From Blepharisma stoltei ATCC 30299 (taxonomy: Eukaryota > Protista > Ciliophora), in NCBI GenBank assembly GCA_965603825.1, contig CBFDEM010000001.1, forward strand, positions 124,001-188,000: a stretch of 64,000 bases of DNA, read 5' to 3'. This document shows, in pieces, positions 1 to 13,559 of the stretch. The first letter of the stretch is position 1; every line of letters begins with the position of its first letter. The notes under the pieces were generated by a model. It did no database searches and was not told where the DNA came from. It worked only from the letters and a program-made list of their open reading frames with translations. The position numbers were made by a program, and so were the translations under genes.

Positions 1-1795
1 TATTTTATAGCATATTTGTTTTCCAGCTTAAGTTTTTTATCGCCTAAGCTGAATTTAAAGCAGCAGCAAAAAGGCAAAATTCCTACCTGCACAACACCAA
101 TAAAGATAGAGTCATTATTGAAAATTCTAAATACTTGATCAAACCCTTCCATTATGCATTTTCCAATGGGTTTTCAATTATTTTTATCAGCTATCTCACT
201 TTCGTATATTTTTCCTAAGCACTCTAGTAAGTAAGCTCTTGAGTTCCCAGAAATCAATAATTTCTGGTTATTTATATTTAGGTTCAGAGAAGAGATTCCA
301 GAATAAAATGAATTTTCAGTATCAAATTTATAAATTTTTGATAATTTTGTCCCTGCTATTAAAATATCTTTTTTAAATAGCAAGCAGGAGCATGTATTCG
401 GTGCTTCAGGAAATTGAGGCAATTTATCCCATGAATGCAGAGACAAATCATATTTTTCTGCAAGATTTAAAGGGTTTGAGTTAGCATCTAGACCTCCAAA
501 AATAAAAACTGAATTATTATAAAAAACTCAGACGCAGAGCAGCAATGAACTCCTTCTGGCAACTCTGCTTTAAATATACATTTTTTAGTATCAAAAATAA
601 AAGCAGCGCCTGAAGCAGGAAAGCTTCCAAATAAAAATAGTTCAAAATTAGAAATTTGGACTACACAAACATGCCTCGTTAATGGTAATGGGCTGGCTAT
701 AATTTTTTGGTCTTTTTTCCTAGTTTTTATGTTATATTTAAAAATTTTCGTTGAATTTTTTTCTGAGTCTATTAAATATAACGACTTATTCTCAAAGCAT
801 GCAAAATTGCTTAAATTTTCATTGACAGTCTTTAGCAAATTTTCACATAATTTGGAATTATTATAATTTTTCTTGACATATTCATTATAGATTTTTTTAA
901 AATCTTTATTTGTTTCGTTCACTAACGTGAAACACTCATCATTTTTGCAAATAAAAGAAAAAACTCTGAATTTATTTGCTATTTTTATTTTCACTTGCTC
1001 GATTTCTTTGATTAATTGTTTATATTCGCCTGTAAACGACATTGTAAAAAGGGCTTGGATTCTTTTTGATAAATCTTCTAATTGATTTTCAAAACAAAGG
1101 GCTTCTTTTGCTTTATTTTTTAGTTTTTCAACAATTTCAGTTTCTGTTGTGATTGATACTCTAGGAAAATAATAAATGATTTCCTGGCTTATATTAAGAT
1201 TATTCAAAATTTCAGTTTCTATGAGTTCAGCTGCTTTTGATTTTTCTTCTAGTAAAATACTTTGGAAAAAATTCGGATTTTCATATGGAATTCGGTCAAT
1301 TGAGATTATCTCTTTTATTAAGCTATAACAAGTATTTATTTTTTCATGGACCTTTCTACAATATTCTGATAAAGCTTTTTCTAAGTTTGAAATTTGTTTA
1401 CTGTTGCTCAAGATTTGAGATATTTTGAACTCATCTAATTCACTAATGATATTTTCCTTGTTTTCTTGATGATTACTAAGCAAAAATTCTTCATTATCTA
1501 TTTTTTGAATATTTTTTGCTAATTTTTCATTAAATTCTTTGATTTTGCTATATATTGTTATTGCACCTTCAAGGCAGCTATTTCAAAGCATAGAGATGCG
1601 CTTGTTTATTAAATCAATAATAAAAATTTTAGTTTCTTTGTATTCGGCAAGAAATAAGTAGCGAATTTCATGAGGATTTGGAATTTCTGAGGTTTTGTGG
1701 GCTGCTAAATGCATATAACAGATAGGCAAGACCCCAGAGCATGAACATAAAAACATTGCTTTAAATGAGCAATTTTTATAAAAGCAATGGGCCAT
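1..1795 (-). CDS. N-terminal Cys/His Zn-finger-like + coiled-coil + C-terminal Kelch-like beta-propeller protein; one frameshift near 525; stop codon cut by the window edge
   Basis: ORFs 1583-1795 and 488-1483 share a frame and join through TGA=Trp. The N-terminus has CxxxC..CxC..CxxH..H. A 1-nt shift near 525 restores a Kelch-type VFYNNSVFIFGG..AEKYDLSLHSWDKLP and joins ORF 174-446, which reads through TGA to the window start. Confidence 0.6.
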
Positions 1796-1913
1796 TTTAA
1801 TTATATTAAATGCTATAAAAGGTCGATATTATAAAGAATTGCATTTTTACAATTATCTTATTTCAAAAAATTAATTATTATTTATATGAAAAAATAAGCA
1901 GCCTTCTATTTAT

Positions 1914-4900
1914 CTAATTAATAGTGTGCCTATATTCTTCTTCCTTTATATCCAATCCATAATGCTCTATTGAAACCACTTCTTTTTCAACGACATCAAA
2001 TTTCATAGTTGTAAGATCAAATGAGGCTTTTTTAAGCAACTCTTGGTTACTAGATTCAGAATAAATTATATATTTTCCCCCCTTTTCTCTATTTATTTCT
2101 TCAGCAGCCACCTTATTTCCTAAGGCAAACCTAAAAATCGCACCAAGATCAATACCTTTTTCTGAATAAAGCAAACTTGGGTAATATTGTTTTTGAATAA
2201 AAAATCCAAGGCTAAGCAGTGATATAATTCCAATATATTGAAAAATAAGCCAAAATATTACAAACTTGTGTGAGGATATTTGATATATTGACGATAATAA
2301 TATACTTCATGAAGCAAATGAATAAAAAATAGCCAGCCAAAGATTGCACCGATGATAATTGTATGGTTTCTGCTTTAAGCATCATAAAATAAATAATGAT
2401 AAAGCGATGCCTAAGATAAACCCATTTAAGGGCTGATTGTAAGGCTTTAGGGTTTTATTTAAGACTATTGCGATCATTTGAAAAGATGATTTTGACATAG
2501 TGTGAAATGGTGGTGTCTTAATGTTGAGCTCTTTTTTATTTAAATCATATAAATATGGTCTGAAGAAAATGTCGAGTGGCAAATATATAAATAATGCGAG
2601 AATTGAAAGCACTGCCCAAGCTGAATGAGACTTTTCTCAGCAAAAAGTGGTGCAATCTTGCTTAATAAAGCTATTACTTAAATCATCTCCAATGCCATCA
2701 ATACATTGAATAACGCTTAATAATATCGATATAATTGGTAAGAAACAGATGCTGCTAAAAATAGGCAGCAAAAGTTCAAAAATCACTGAATCTGGCAAAA
2801 ATAGCCACTTTTTTCCACAGTTTTTACAAATAACGCAAAAACAGCAGTAGACTCATGAGCAAACCGCTATTAATGCAGAATAAACATAAATTCAAAAATT
2901 TCCTTTTTTTCCAGATTCATCAAAATCTACAGTAGAAAAATAAGCAAGAAATCTCAGAGGAGCATCAAGATCATCCCTATCAGGTCCCATAGCAATAAAT
3001 TGTAGGCTTTCAATAATCATTATCGGCACAACAAAATAATCCTCAAATTTCATAAGAAATTTTTCATCTAAAATTTTAACCTCAGAGTTTCCATATGTTT
3101 TTCATATATAAAGTCCAATTATAAATGTCGTCACAATAAGTCCAAGTGAAACTCCATACAAAATTCCAGCACCTTTATAGGAATATTTAACTAAATCCTC
3201 ATCAAAAGGGCAATCACCTATTTTCTGCATTAAATCAGGCACATTTTCATAGAACGCTATTAGCTTTGCTGATGCAAAATTGTATTGTCCTATTTGGTAC
3301 TCATAAAAGCGCTCAGATGTGTCATTTCACTTTATTTTATAAATTCCTATCATGGCTTCTGGCCTATCATTATTTCCTGATCCTATAGACACAGTCCCAG
3401 AGCAGCCTATGAATTTTTGTTGTCTTAAATTTTTATTCAAAATAGTAGAATTTTCGAAATTTTGGCCATGATTAATAGTATATTTAATTCCATGAAATAA
3501 AAGCATTGCGGCATCAAATGAAAAACATCGAAACTCCAAATTGCTGTCAGTATACTTTATAATAGACTGTTTAAGTATTTTTCCAAGGTTGCCTACTCAT
3601 TCTTCTTGATTTATATTTAAAATGCTATTTACCATTGGAATTTTTGTTTTTTCACTAATTCCTGAGATTTCGTACATAATGTTGCTATACATCAGAAAAA
3701 TCGCTTCTGAACTTCTAAGACCTGCACCATAAATTTCTGTCATAGCCTGCAGTTCTGACTGTGGCCGAAGAAGTAATACGTAGACTCTTTCTTTATAGCT
3801 TATAATATTTTTTATCAATTCATTATCGTCCTGACTGAATACTCTTTCCTCTTCTTTATTCACAATATTTATATTACTAAAACTTATCAACGATAAGAAA
3901 TATTGATAAGCTGCCAATGAGTCATACATTTTCTCATACAAAAGAATAATATTTTTCCATTGCAGAGCTATAATGAGATTTACAATAACTTTCACATTAT
4001 AATTCCTATTTTTTACCACCCTCATAAACTCAGGATAAGCTTCTATATCTGACAAAGAAGTCCCTGGAGCATACTCCGATATTTGAGGAATAGAGATATT
4101 TAAGCTTCTCAACGCCAAAATATTACTTATAACTGTCCTAGTATAAATTGAAGTTAAAAAACCTACCCCAAAATTTTCTGTTAAATTGCTTAAACAGTCA
4201 TATGAGTCAGGAATCGTAAAATATTCAGCGCCACAGTCAACATGAGTGACCAAAATTTCAAAACCATCTAAAAAATTGATGGATTTTATGTGAAATAATG
4301 CATATTTGGCCCCTATTTTGGCACTTGATGAATAATTGCTGGGTGGGTATCCGAAGTTCGTGTCTCCATCTGCCATTGAGATAGTGATATTTGTAAATGG
4401 AGAATTTGGAATTATATTAAAATCATTGAGAACGCTCATAATTCCATTGAAAATGCCACCTATCACAATTTTTTGATAGTCTTGTATATTTATAACTGAG
4501 TAGTCAGGAACTGGGTGATGCCTCACGGTAGCTTTTTCTAAAGCCTGGCGTAAATTGTTCATGTCATAGATATCGTCATATCCCAGCACAAAGTCAATAA
4601 ATTTTTCAATAGCTAATAACTCGTACATATAGCTATCAGCTGAATTTTCTAGCCCTCTTTCTATATATGTTCAAATTCCATTTTCTGTTATATTTCCTAA
4701 ATTTTCACCTTTTAATATAATACCACTTTCTAAGCCCAAAATATTTTTTTCTTTCAGGCTTTTGAGTAGTTTTTGAGCACCATTTTCGTGGTTTAGGATG
4801 ATGATATTTCTGATACCGGTAGGCTTTATTTGTTTTTCTATTAATAAATCAGATATATCCTGACTATCAGAATCAATAAAATTAAATTCCTTCACAATTT

Positions 4901-5363
4901 TTCCTTGAGAAATGCCTTTTGAGATTATTCCCGAATTTCCATTTGAAATTAGAATGAATTTTTCCCAATTTAAATAAGAAATTACCGTCATAAGTCCCTT
5001 TTTGTCATCTTCTTCGGAAAAATGGGTAAAAAATTGCCAATCATGGAAATTATTTTCCTTTCCTTTAATTGACAGTAGAATAAATTGGTTTTGCTTTGCC
5101 AATTCCTGAAGGTAAATTTCCAAAGAAATGCTGAACGTTAAATCAAGCAGAACTGTGGGATTCTCTTTGAGATCTAAAATATCAGAATTCGAGTTTATTT
5201 TTTTGTGGAGAAAATCAACTTTTGTCTGGAAATCAAGAGCTAAGTCCTGAATTAGGTGGTCAATAAATTCTTGGTCAGTTTGTGAGCTGTATAGGATCTC
5301 AAAAAGAATCTGGCTTTTAGAAAAAGCCAGAAGAAAGAAAAATAAAACTGTCGCTACCATCAT
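1914..5363 (-). CDS. Receptor array copy A: signal peptide + 2x Venus-flytrap (ANF-receptor-like) + ~9-TM module, ~1149 aa, frame intact
   Basis: ORFs 4671-5363, 3597-4628, 3327-3539, 2382-2612 and 1914-2174 share one frame and are separated by TGA codons where paralogs have Trp. Motifs YLNWEKFILI, THVDCG, IPQISEY..LS...YPEFMR, FIGCSGTVSI...NDR, DC..FCW, KPYNY. Ends at TAG. Confidence 0.85.
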
Positions 5364-5848
5364 GCAAAAGTCTATAAGATAACGCTAATAATTACAATGG
5401 GTTATATTTAAATCTAAATTGAGCAAACATGCAAAAATTTTGAAATTTATAAATAGTTGTTAAGTATATTAAGAAATGGATTAAGATTATTATTGTTAAA
5501 TTTTCTGTTGAAAATTACTTTTGTATATGCATCTCAAATAAATAATATACAAAGTTGTCGAATTTAATATAAAATCTATACTTTGCAGGAATAAGCTTTT
5601 CTAGTAATAGATATAATTTATAAAAGCTTAAAATCAACATAATGAGATTGATTTGAGACTATAAGCTAGAAATCCTTGCATTCAAATGCATCTGTAATGC
5701 AAGTTTATTTAAAAAATGCTTCGTTTCAAAGCACTTAAATACATAATTTCCCTTTCATTGCAAATTCCTTTAAATAAACTAATACAATCAGCTGCTTAAA
5801 TTTCTAATAGGCTAATGATATATGTATTAGACTAATTTACTTATGCTC

Positions 5849-8800
5849 TTAAGGTGCTTGCTTTTCTTTGTAATTTTTTATCTCCTTTTTCAACTCATTT
5901 CTTTTCTTAACAATATCCATAATTAATGTCTTTTCTGAAGCGCTGTTGCCCAAAGAAAATCTAAAAAATAGGCTAATATCAAGAGACTTTTCTGAAAACA
6001 ATAAACTTGGGCAGTATCTTCATTGGAAAAAAAACCCACAAATTAATAGGATGGCCCATCCGGCATATTCGATTGAAATTCACAGTAGAACGGAACGGTA
6101 GTCAGAAATTCAAAAAATTGATGATAGCATTAAGCTTCACAAAACAGCAAAATGAGAAATAGTTAGCCAAAGGTTGCATCTATGATAATTATATGGCTTT
6201 TTCCTAAGACATAGCAAAGTAAAAACTAGCAGTAAAATGCTGTATGAAAGACCATGCAAAGCCGGATTTTGAGGCTTTATAGTCTTGTTCATAGCAATAA
6301 TTGCAATCTGGCAAAGGCTTTTTAGCATCATATACATGGCCTTGATTTTATATTGATTCCACTATTTTGATTTTCCCAATTCAGTCTAAAATAAATAGCC
6401 AATGGAATATAAATTAATAATGCGAAAATCGATAAAAACGCCCAAAATATATGCAATTCTTTCCAGCAAAAAACAGTGCAGTCATTTCTTACAAAAGATT
6501 GTGACAAATCTTCCCCTATTGCTTGATCACATTGAAAAACACTCAAAAGTATCGAAATTATCGGTAAAAAGCAAGCATTCCCTATAAATGGCAATGCAAA
6601 TTCTGCAAAATTCCTACTGAAATTGCATAAAAAATTATCAAAATTTCGAAATTCAAAAATCGTATATACACTGAAATAGACCCAAACCAAAACTGCTGCA
6701 AGTGATGAATACACAAAAATCCAAAAAGTTTCTCCTCTTGTAAGCCACGAGTAGTTTATAGTTGCATAGTCAGCTAGAAGGCTTGAAACTTCATCATAAC
6801 CCCTGATATCGGGGCCCATCCCTATAAATTGAAGAAAATCAATAATAATTATCCCCATTGTGACATAATCTTGAAAAAATATCAATTTTTTTTCAGCTAA
6901 ATCTGGAACTTGCATGTTCCAATATTTTTTTCAGATATAGAGCGTAATAGCAATTGAATAAAAAAGAATACCAAAGGCTATCAAATAAAGAATCCCAGCC
7001 CCAATTTTTGAGTATTCTATATCGCCTTTATCAAAAGGACATTTTGGGTCATCAAGGGTGTCGTCAGGAACTTTTGTTGTATTATCATAAAAAACGACGC
7101 TGTTTCATAGAGTAAACAGCTGAACCTTTTCAAAATCATACCTCCCCACCCAATTTTCATAAAAAGAGCTTGAATTCTGATCCTACACCATGCTATAAAC
7201 CCCAATAATCCCTGTGCTCCTATCATTAGTATCTGATTCTATTGCAATCGTCCCTGAACACCCAGTAAATTTCTGATTCCTTAAATATGTATTAAGGAGT
7301 GTCGAATTTTCCACATTTCCTCCTTGGTTAATTGTATACCTAATTCCATGTAAAAGTAGCATTGCAGCGTCAAAGGAAAAGCATCGGTAATCAAGTGGGT
7401 ATGAAAACTCCTTTATATACCTCTGTTTTATTTCTTTACCATAGTCTCCAACTCAATCAGCTTGAGTTATCATAATAGATCCATATAGAAGCTCTTTTAG
7501 CTTTTCTCTTTGAGTTGTATTTGTTTCCAAATAAAATGCATACGCAACCCTGTCGTAAAATATAAAAATTGCGTCCCCTCTTCTGAGGCCGGTATCATAT
7601 AAGTCTTCAAAAAAATAAAAGTGGTTTGGAGGAGCTAAAAAAATGACATAAATTCTTACCTTTGAGTTTATATAATTTTCCATTCATTTTTTATATTTTG
7701 GATAATCAGTATGTAAATAATTAGGTTTTACTGCTCTTTCACTGATATTATTTACTATCTTTATATGTGATTCCCTCGCTTTGCTGCGAAATGATTATAT
7801 ACAATGGTAGGGCCAGTATTATTTTCATGCAAAACAATAACATTTTTTCAGCCAAAAGTGATACAAAAATTCACTATGACAGTTGCAATATACCGGCTGT
7901 CCTTAGAAACCCTCATAAACTCAGGAAAATTTGCCTTACTTGTAAGTGGATCTGTATTTAAAGCCCGAAAAGAAGCAATATTTCCAGTGATGATTACTCC
8001 GAAGAAGCTTGCCAGAAAACCAACCCCAAGCTGGTCTTTTAGCGCACCAAAGCATTTTAAATTATAGCTTGGGATATAAACTTGTGTTCCACAGTCAGTA
8101 TGAGTTATAGAAATATCAAACCCATCTAGAAAATGGATCTCTTTTATGTATTTAAAAGCGTATAAAGCTCCATTCTTTACTAATTTAGCTACCGGAGGAC
8201 TGTTTTGGTATCCAGGATTGCTTAGACCATCAGACATAGAAACTTTTATTTCTGTTGAAGGATTATTTGGGATAGAAGTTGTGTTGTCAGGTCATATGAT
8301 TTCTGAGGAGAGTGCAATTTGTCCATCAGTTATGCTGCCAACGTTAATTTTTTTACCGTTTTGGATGTTTAATAAAGTAAAATTTGAGACAAATAAAGAG
8401 CTATTTGAATAATTTTCTAAAAATTTGTAAATATACAATTTATAATTAAAATGTGACGGTATTTGAGTTTTCTGTTCTGATGACACAAAAAAAATGGGTA
8501 TAGTTTTGATTTAAGGTTAGCTTCGCCGAGCAAATTGTGTAGGAAGAAAGGCAAAATGTAGGTGCATGAGACTTCTCTCCTAGGTAAATGAAATTTTTTA
8601 GAAGGGTGCTACTAGCACTGACGAGGACTTCAGGGTGTCTCACAAAACTAAATTTTAGCCGCACCTAAGCGTCAGGTGGGGTCATTCGTATTGAAATTCA
8701 AAGTTCGGCTAGTCTAAGGTCAAATGGGCTACAAGTACAACTTATTTTTGAATCCTCAATCATGGTAAACAAATAATAAAAACACTAAATATTAAGCTTA

Positions 8801-9579
8801 ATCCTAATGTAAATATTCCTATAGCTTAATATTACTCTGAGAAATTTAATGATTGCCAAGCATTCTTGATCATTTTTATAATTTGCATTCTCTAAACCAG
8901 ACTCTGTATAAGCAGCAAGTCCATTATTTATCTGGTTTTTCAAATTCTGGTTCAATAACAAAACTCCACTGTATAAATTTTTTGCTTTTAAGCTCTGAAT
9001 TAGTTTAACGCCATCTTCACCATCATTTAATATGACAATATTTTTAATCCCTGTAGGTTTTATTTGCTTTCCTATTAATAAATTAGAAAGAGCCTGGCTA
9101 CCATTTTTCGGAAAATAATATGACTTGGTATGATAATTTTGTTTTAAAATTTTACCAATATATTCGGCTTGGTCTTCATCAGAAATTACCACAAATTTTT
9201 CCCAATTTAAATAAGAAATAAGGCTTTCAAATGCTTTTATATGGTCGCTTATAGAAGAATGCCAGCTGAAGCAGTTTTTCAAATTTTTTGATTTTTTGGC
9301 TTGGAGAACGATTTGATCGCTTTCTAGATTATTAATTCCTGCAAAAGAATGCCCAATGAGATTTATAATAATATCAGATTTTTCCTCAAAATTATTTGGG
9401 TAGGGAATGATTTGTTTTTTCCTTACAAGAATTTGAATTTGATCTTCAAAGCTTTCTTGCAGGGATGCTTCAATAGATGAAACTAAAGCTAAATCATTTG
9501 AAGAGTTATATAAAAGATCAATCACAAGCTGGCTTTTCGCGAAGTAAAGTATTAAAATGGGAAGCCAAAGATTTTGCAT
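5849..9579 (-). pseudogene. Receptor array copy B, disrupted: 382-bp insertion, 33-nt in-frame deletion, 1-nt frameshifts near 7790 and 6336
   Basis: Homologous to copies C/D along its length. Frame changes between ORFs 7848-8237 and 7453-7683, and between 6328-6915 and 6137-6337 (CCA TG- TAT vs paralog PWY). RALNTDPLTSK vs paralog RALNITIPHISDVVIAGTLTSK. Ends at TAA 5849-5851. Confidence 0.75.
8426..8816. mobile_element. 382-bp insertion bounded by a 9-bp direct repeat TGTAAATAT (IES-like or TSD-flanked element)
   Basis: TGTAAATAT at 8426-8434 and 8808-8816. Removing 382 nt fuses ORF 8785-9579 in frame to ORF 8292-8486, giving ILSYRNIYKFLENYSNSSLFVSNFTLL, which aligns to paralog ILSY...SNFTLI. 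Confidence 0.8.
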
Positions 9580-9971
9580 TATTATAAATTTTATGAGGAT
9601 ATGCTAATGATACATATCATCTGATTATAAATAATTCTCAAAAGATAATTACTTGCTTTATATCTATTCAAAAGTTAGTATTATTATAATAAGTTATGGT
9701 TATAAATTTTGATAATATTATTGATTTAGTATAAATAAAAAATATTTTCGTAATTTTTTTTCAAATGAGATTTGAAAAACTGAATAAAAATAATGATCCT
9801 TATACGATGCCATGAGCTATCATGGCTAATAAATTAAAATAAATATGTATTACCATGGTATTTTATCCCAAAATATTAATTAGAATTTTACCACTTATAA
9901 TGTTTTATCAGATTAATTGATGGGGATAAAGTTTAAATAGCTTATCTAAGTTTCAATTAATGTAAAAATTT

Positions 9972-12900
9972 TTATTTATTACATACTTCAACACCAAACT
10001 TATCAATTTTTTGGGAGTTTTGGTTTCGCTTTCTCGTCATTTCAAGAAAAAGCGATTTTTCCATCGCATTACGACCCAGTGAAAATCTAAAAAACAAGCT
10101 GATATCAAGCGTCTTTTCCCTATACAATAAACTCGGATAAAATTTAGTTTGAATTAAAACACCAGCAATTATAATTATAATCCAGCCAAGGTACTCAAGA
10201 AAAATCCAAAATAGTGTAAAACGATTCCCAGATACTAGAAAAATTGAGGATACCACCAAACTTCATAAAACAGCAAAATGAGATACAGAGAGCCAAAGGT
10301 TGAATCTATGATAATTATATGGTTTTCTTTTTATACAAAATATAGTAAAACTTAAGAAAACAATGATATAAATAAGCCCGAATAAAGCTGAATTTACTGG
10401 CTTTAGTGTTTTGTTTAGAACTATTATGCCAATTTGGCAAAGACTCTTAAGCATCATATACCAAGGTCTTGCCCGGACATTTATAGTGCTACTTTGGTTG
10501 TCCCAATAAGGTCGAAAATATACAGCCAGTGGGATATATATTAATAGCGCTGCGATTGAAAGACTTGCTCATAGTATATGTGAGCCTTTTCAGCAAAAAA
10601 CTGAACAGTCATTTCTTACAAAAGATTGGTTTAGGTCCTGCCCTATTCCTTGAACACATGAACTATTCCTAAAAGAATAGAAATCATAGGTAAAAAGCAA
10701 GTATTGCCAATAATTGGTAGTACAAAATTTGAAAAATTTTTGCAATAATCACAGAAAAATTTATCAAACCTCTGAAAATTAATCAAAGTGTGAATACTTA
10801 GTAAAATCCACACAAACAGCACAGCCAAAATCACCTTTACACAAAGTCAAAATCTCGCCCCTTCGGTTATTCATGAATAATTAATCGTCGCATAATCAGC
10901 AAGCATACTAGAAATTTTATCATACCCTTTAATGTCAGGACCCATACCAATAAATTGCAAAAAATCAATAACAATTATTCCCATACTTATATAGTCTTCA
11001 AAAAAAATCAGGCTTCTTTGGGTCATGTCTGGGATTTTTATATTCCAATATAACTTTCATATATAAAAAGTCACTATTACTGAAACTATCAAAACACCGA
11101 AAGATATGGCATAGAGAACTCCAGCTCCTATATCGGAGTATTGGACTTTATCTAAATCAAAAGGACACTCAGGATAATCCACGGTATCTCCAGGGACAAT
11201 AGTAGAGTTATCGTAGTAAATAATAGGGTCTCATAGTGTAAATAATTGAGACTTTTCTAGGTCATATCTACCAACTCAGTATTCATACAAGATGTTTGAA
11301 CTTGAATTTCAGCGAATATTGTAGACTCCGACTATGCTTGTGCTTCGATCATTTGTGTCGGATTCTATTGAAACAGTTCCTAGGCAGCCTAAAAATCTTT
11401 GATGTCGTAAATTATAATTAAGAAGTGTCGAATTTTCAATATTCCCACCTTGATCAATGGTAAACTTGATCCCATGAAAGAGAAGCATAGCGGAATCGAA
11501 CGAAAAGCATCTGTAGTCTGCAGGGGGTGAATATACTTTTAGGAAGCCTTGCTTTATTTGTTCTCCATAGTCTCCAACTCAATCAGCTTGAGTTATAATA
11601 ATAGACCCATATAATAGTTCCGTTAATTTTTTTAGCTGAGTCTCATCAGTCTCTATTCCATAAGAATATGTCACTTTTTCATATATAATAAAAATCACAT
11701 TACCTCTTCTTAATCCAGCATCATACATATTTTCTATAAAATAAAACTCGTTTGCCGTCATCAAAATAATATAAATTCTCACATTACTTTTTATATAGTT
11801 CTCCATCCATTGCTTATAGGTCGGATAATCAGACCGCAAATAATTAGGCTTTAGCATCCTCTCATTAGGACTATTTGCAATATTTATATGTGATTCTGTA
11901 GCTTTTGTCAAAATCTGATTATAAGCGAAAGTTAGACCCGTGCTGTTTTCATATATAACGATAATATTTTTTCATCCAGAAATCATACAAAAATTTACTA
12001 ATATAGTTGCTATATATCGGCTGTCCTTTGAAATTCTAATAAATTCAGGAAAATTGGCTTTACTTGTAAGTGTTCCTGCAATCACTACATCAGAAATGTG
12101 AGGAATCGTTATATTTAAAGCTCGAAAAGAAAGGATATTTCCAATAGCAACTGGGGCTAGTATGTTGGTGAGAAATCCTACACCTAGCTTATCTTTTATA
12201 CTCTTGAAACAGTTTATACTAAAATTTGCACTGTAGACAGCTGCCCCACAATCTGTGTGTGTGATTGAGATATCAAATCCGTCAAAAAAATGGGTCTGTT
12301 TTATATACATTAAGGCATAAAAAGCTCCATCTTTGATATACATGCTTGTTAATGGACCTTTTGGAAATCCAGGATTTGTGATGCCATCTGCTATAGAGAT
12401 TTTTATTTCTGTTGAAGGATTGTTAGGGATTACAGAAGACCCATTCGGCCAAATAATACTGCTACTAAAATTTATTTCGCCATCAATTATACTGCCTACG
12501 TTGGTTTGCTTACCTTTTTGTATGTTAATTAATGTAAAATTAGAAGACAGGCCATTCAAAAGGTGGCTTAAATACTCGGATTTATCGTTGTAGCTTAATA
12601 TTTTACTCAAAATTTTAACAATTGTAAAGGCTTCTTTCTCATATTCATTGTTTGCATTTTCTAATCCAGATCCTATATACGAAAATAATCCATTTTTTCA
12701 AATATTTCTTAAATTCTGGTTTAATAAAACAACACCTTTTAAAAGATTTTTCTGTTTTAAACTTTTAATAAGCTTTTCTGCGCTCTCATCTTGATTTATT
12801 ATAACGAAATTTTGGATTCCTGTGGATTTTAGGTATTTCCCGATAAATAAATTGGAAAGTTCTTGGGTCCCATTTTTTGGGAAATAAAAGACTTTAAATG

Positions 12901-13559
12901 TCCTGTTATAAAGAAATAGATGAAATTTCATCAATGAGTTGGGTATGATCTTCATCAGAAATTATAATGAATTTTTGCCAGTCTAAATAAAAATAAAAAT
13001 AAGAAGCCAAGATTTCAAATGCTTTGGCATGCTCCTTCATGTAATAATGCCAAGGCACGATATTTTTGATTTTTTTTAATGGCTCTTGTGCTGATAGGAC
13101 GATCGGTCCACTTTCAGCAGAATTGGCTCATATTAGACTTTTCCCTGCAAGATTTATAATAATATCAGCTGTGGATTCGTTATTTGATAAGTTATTGTAT
13201 ATTTCTTTTGTCCTTACTCTTTCTGATCACTAATGAATTTGTATAATTTATGCTTATCTTTTCTATTTTCAAAACCTTAAAAGCAGCATAGTCTTCATTC
13301 TTTGTTATTTTTGGTAGAAGAGTATAAAGCTATGAACTAAATATTCGCCAAAAATAATTTTTTGGGTTTTACTCGTAATAAGCAAGTAAGTTAGTGTAAC
13401 TTCTTGGTCTGAGAAATTTTTATTCAATTCAGCTATTAAGGTTGATACCAAATTGCCATCAGTTGAAGAGTTGAATAAGATATCAATCAGAAGCTGGCAT
13501 TTGATAAGGTAAAGAAGCCCAGACAAAATATAAAATATTTGCATTATCAACCTAGGCAT
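9972..13559 (-). pseudogene. Receptor array copy C, disrupted: 177-bp insertion, +1 frameshift near 12910, -1 frameshift near 10659, (AAATAA)3 expansion
   Basis: Very close paralog of D. ttataaagaa vs D ttataagaa; acacatgaac vs D acacattgaac; insertion 13214-13393 absent from D. Confidence 0.78.
13214..13393. mobile_element. 177-bp insertion bounded by a TTA/TAA direct repeat (IES-like)
   Basis: TTA at 13214-13216 and 13391-13393. Excision gives ttcttttgtc-ctta-gtgtaac, collinear with D ttgttttatc-atta-gagtaac. The insert carries an in-frame TAA (13305-13307). Confidence 0.78.
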
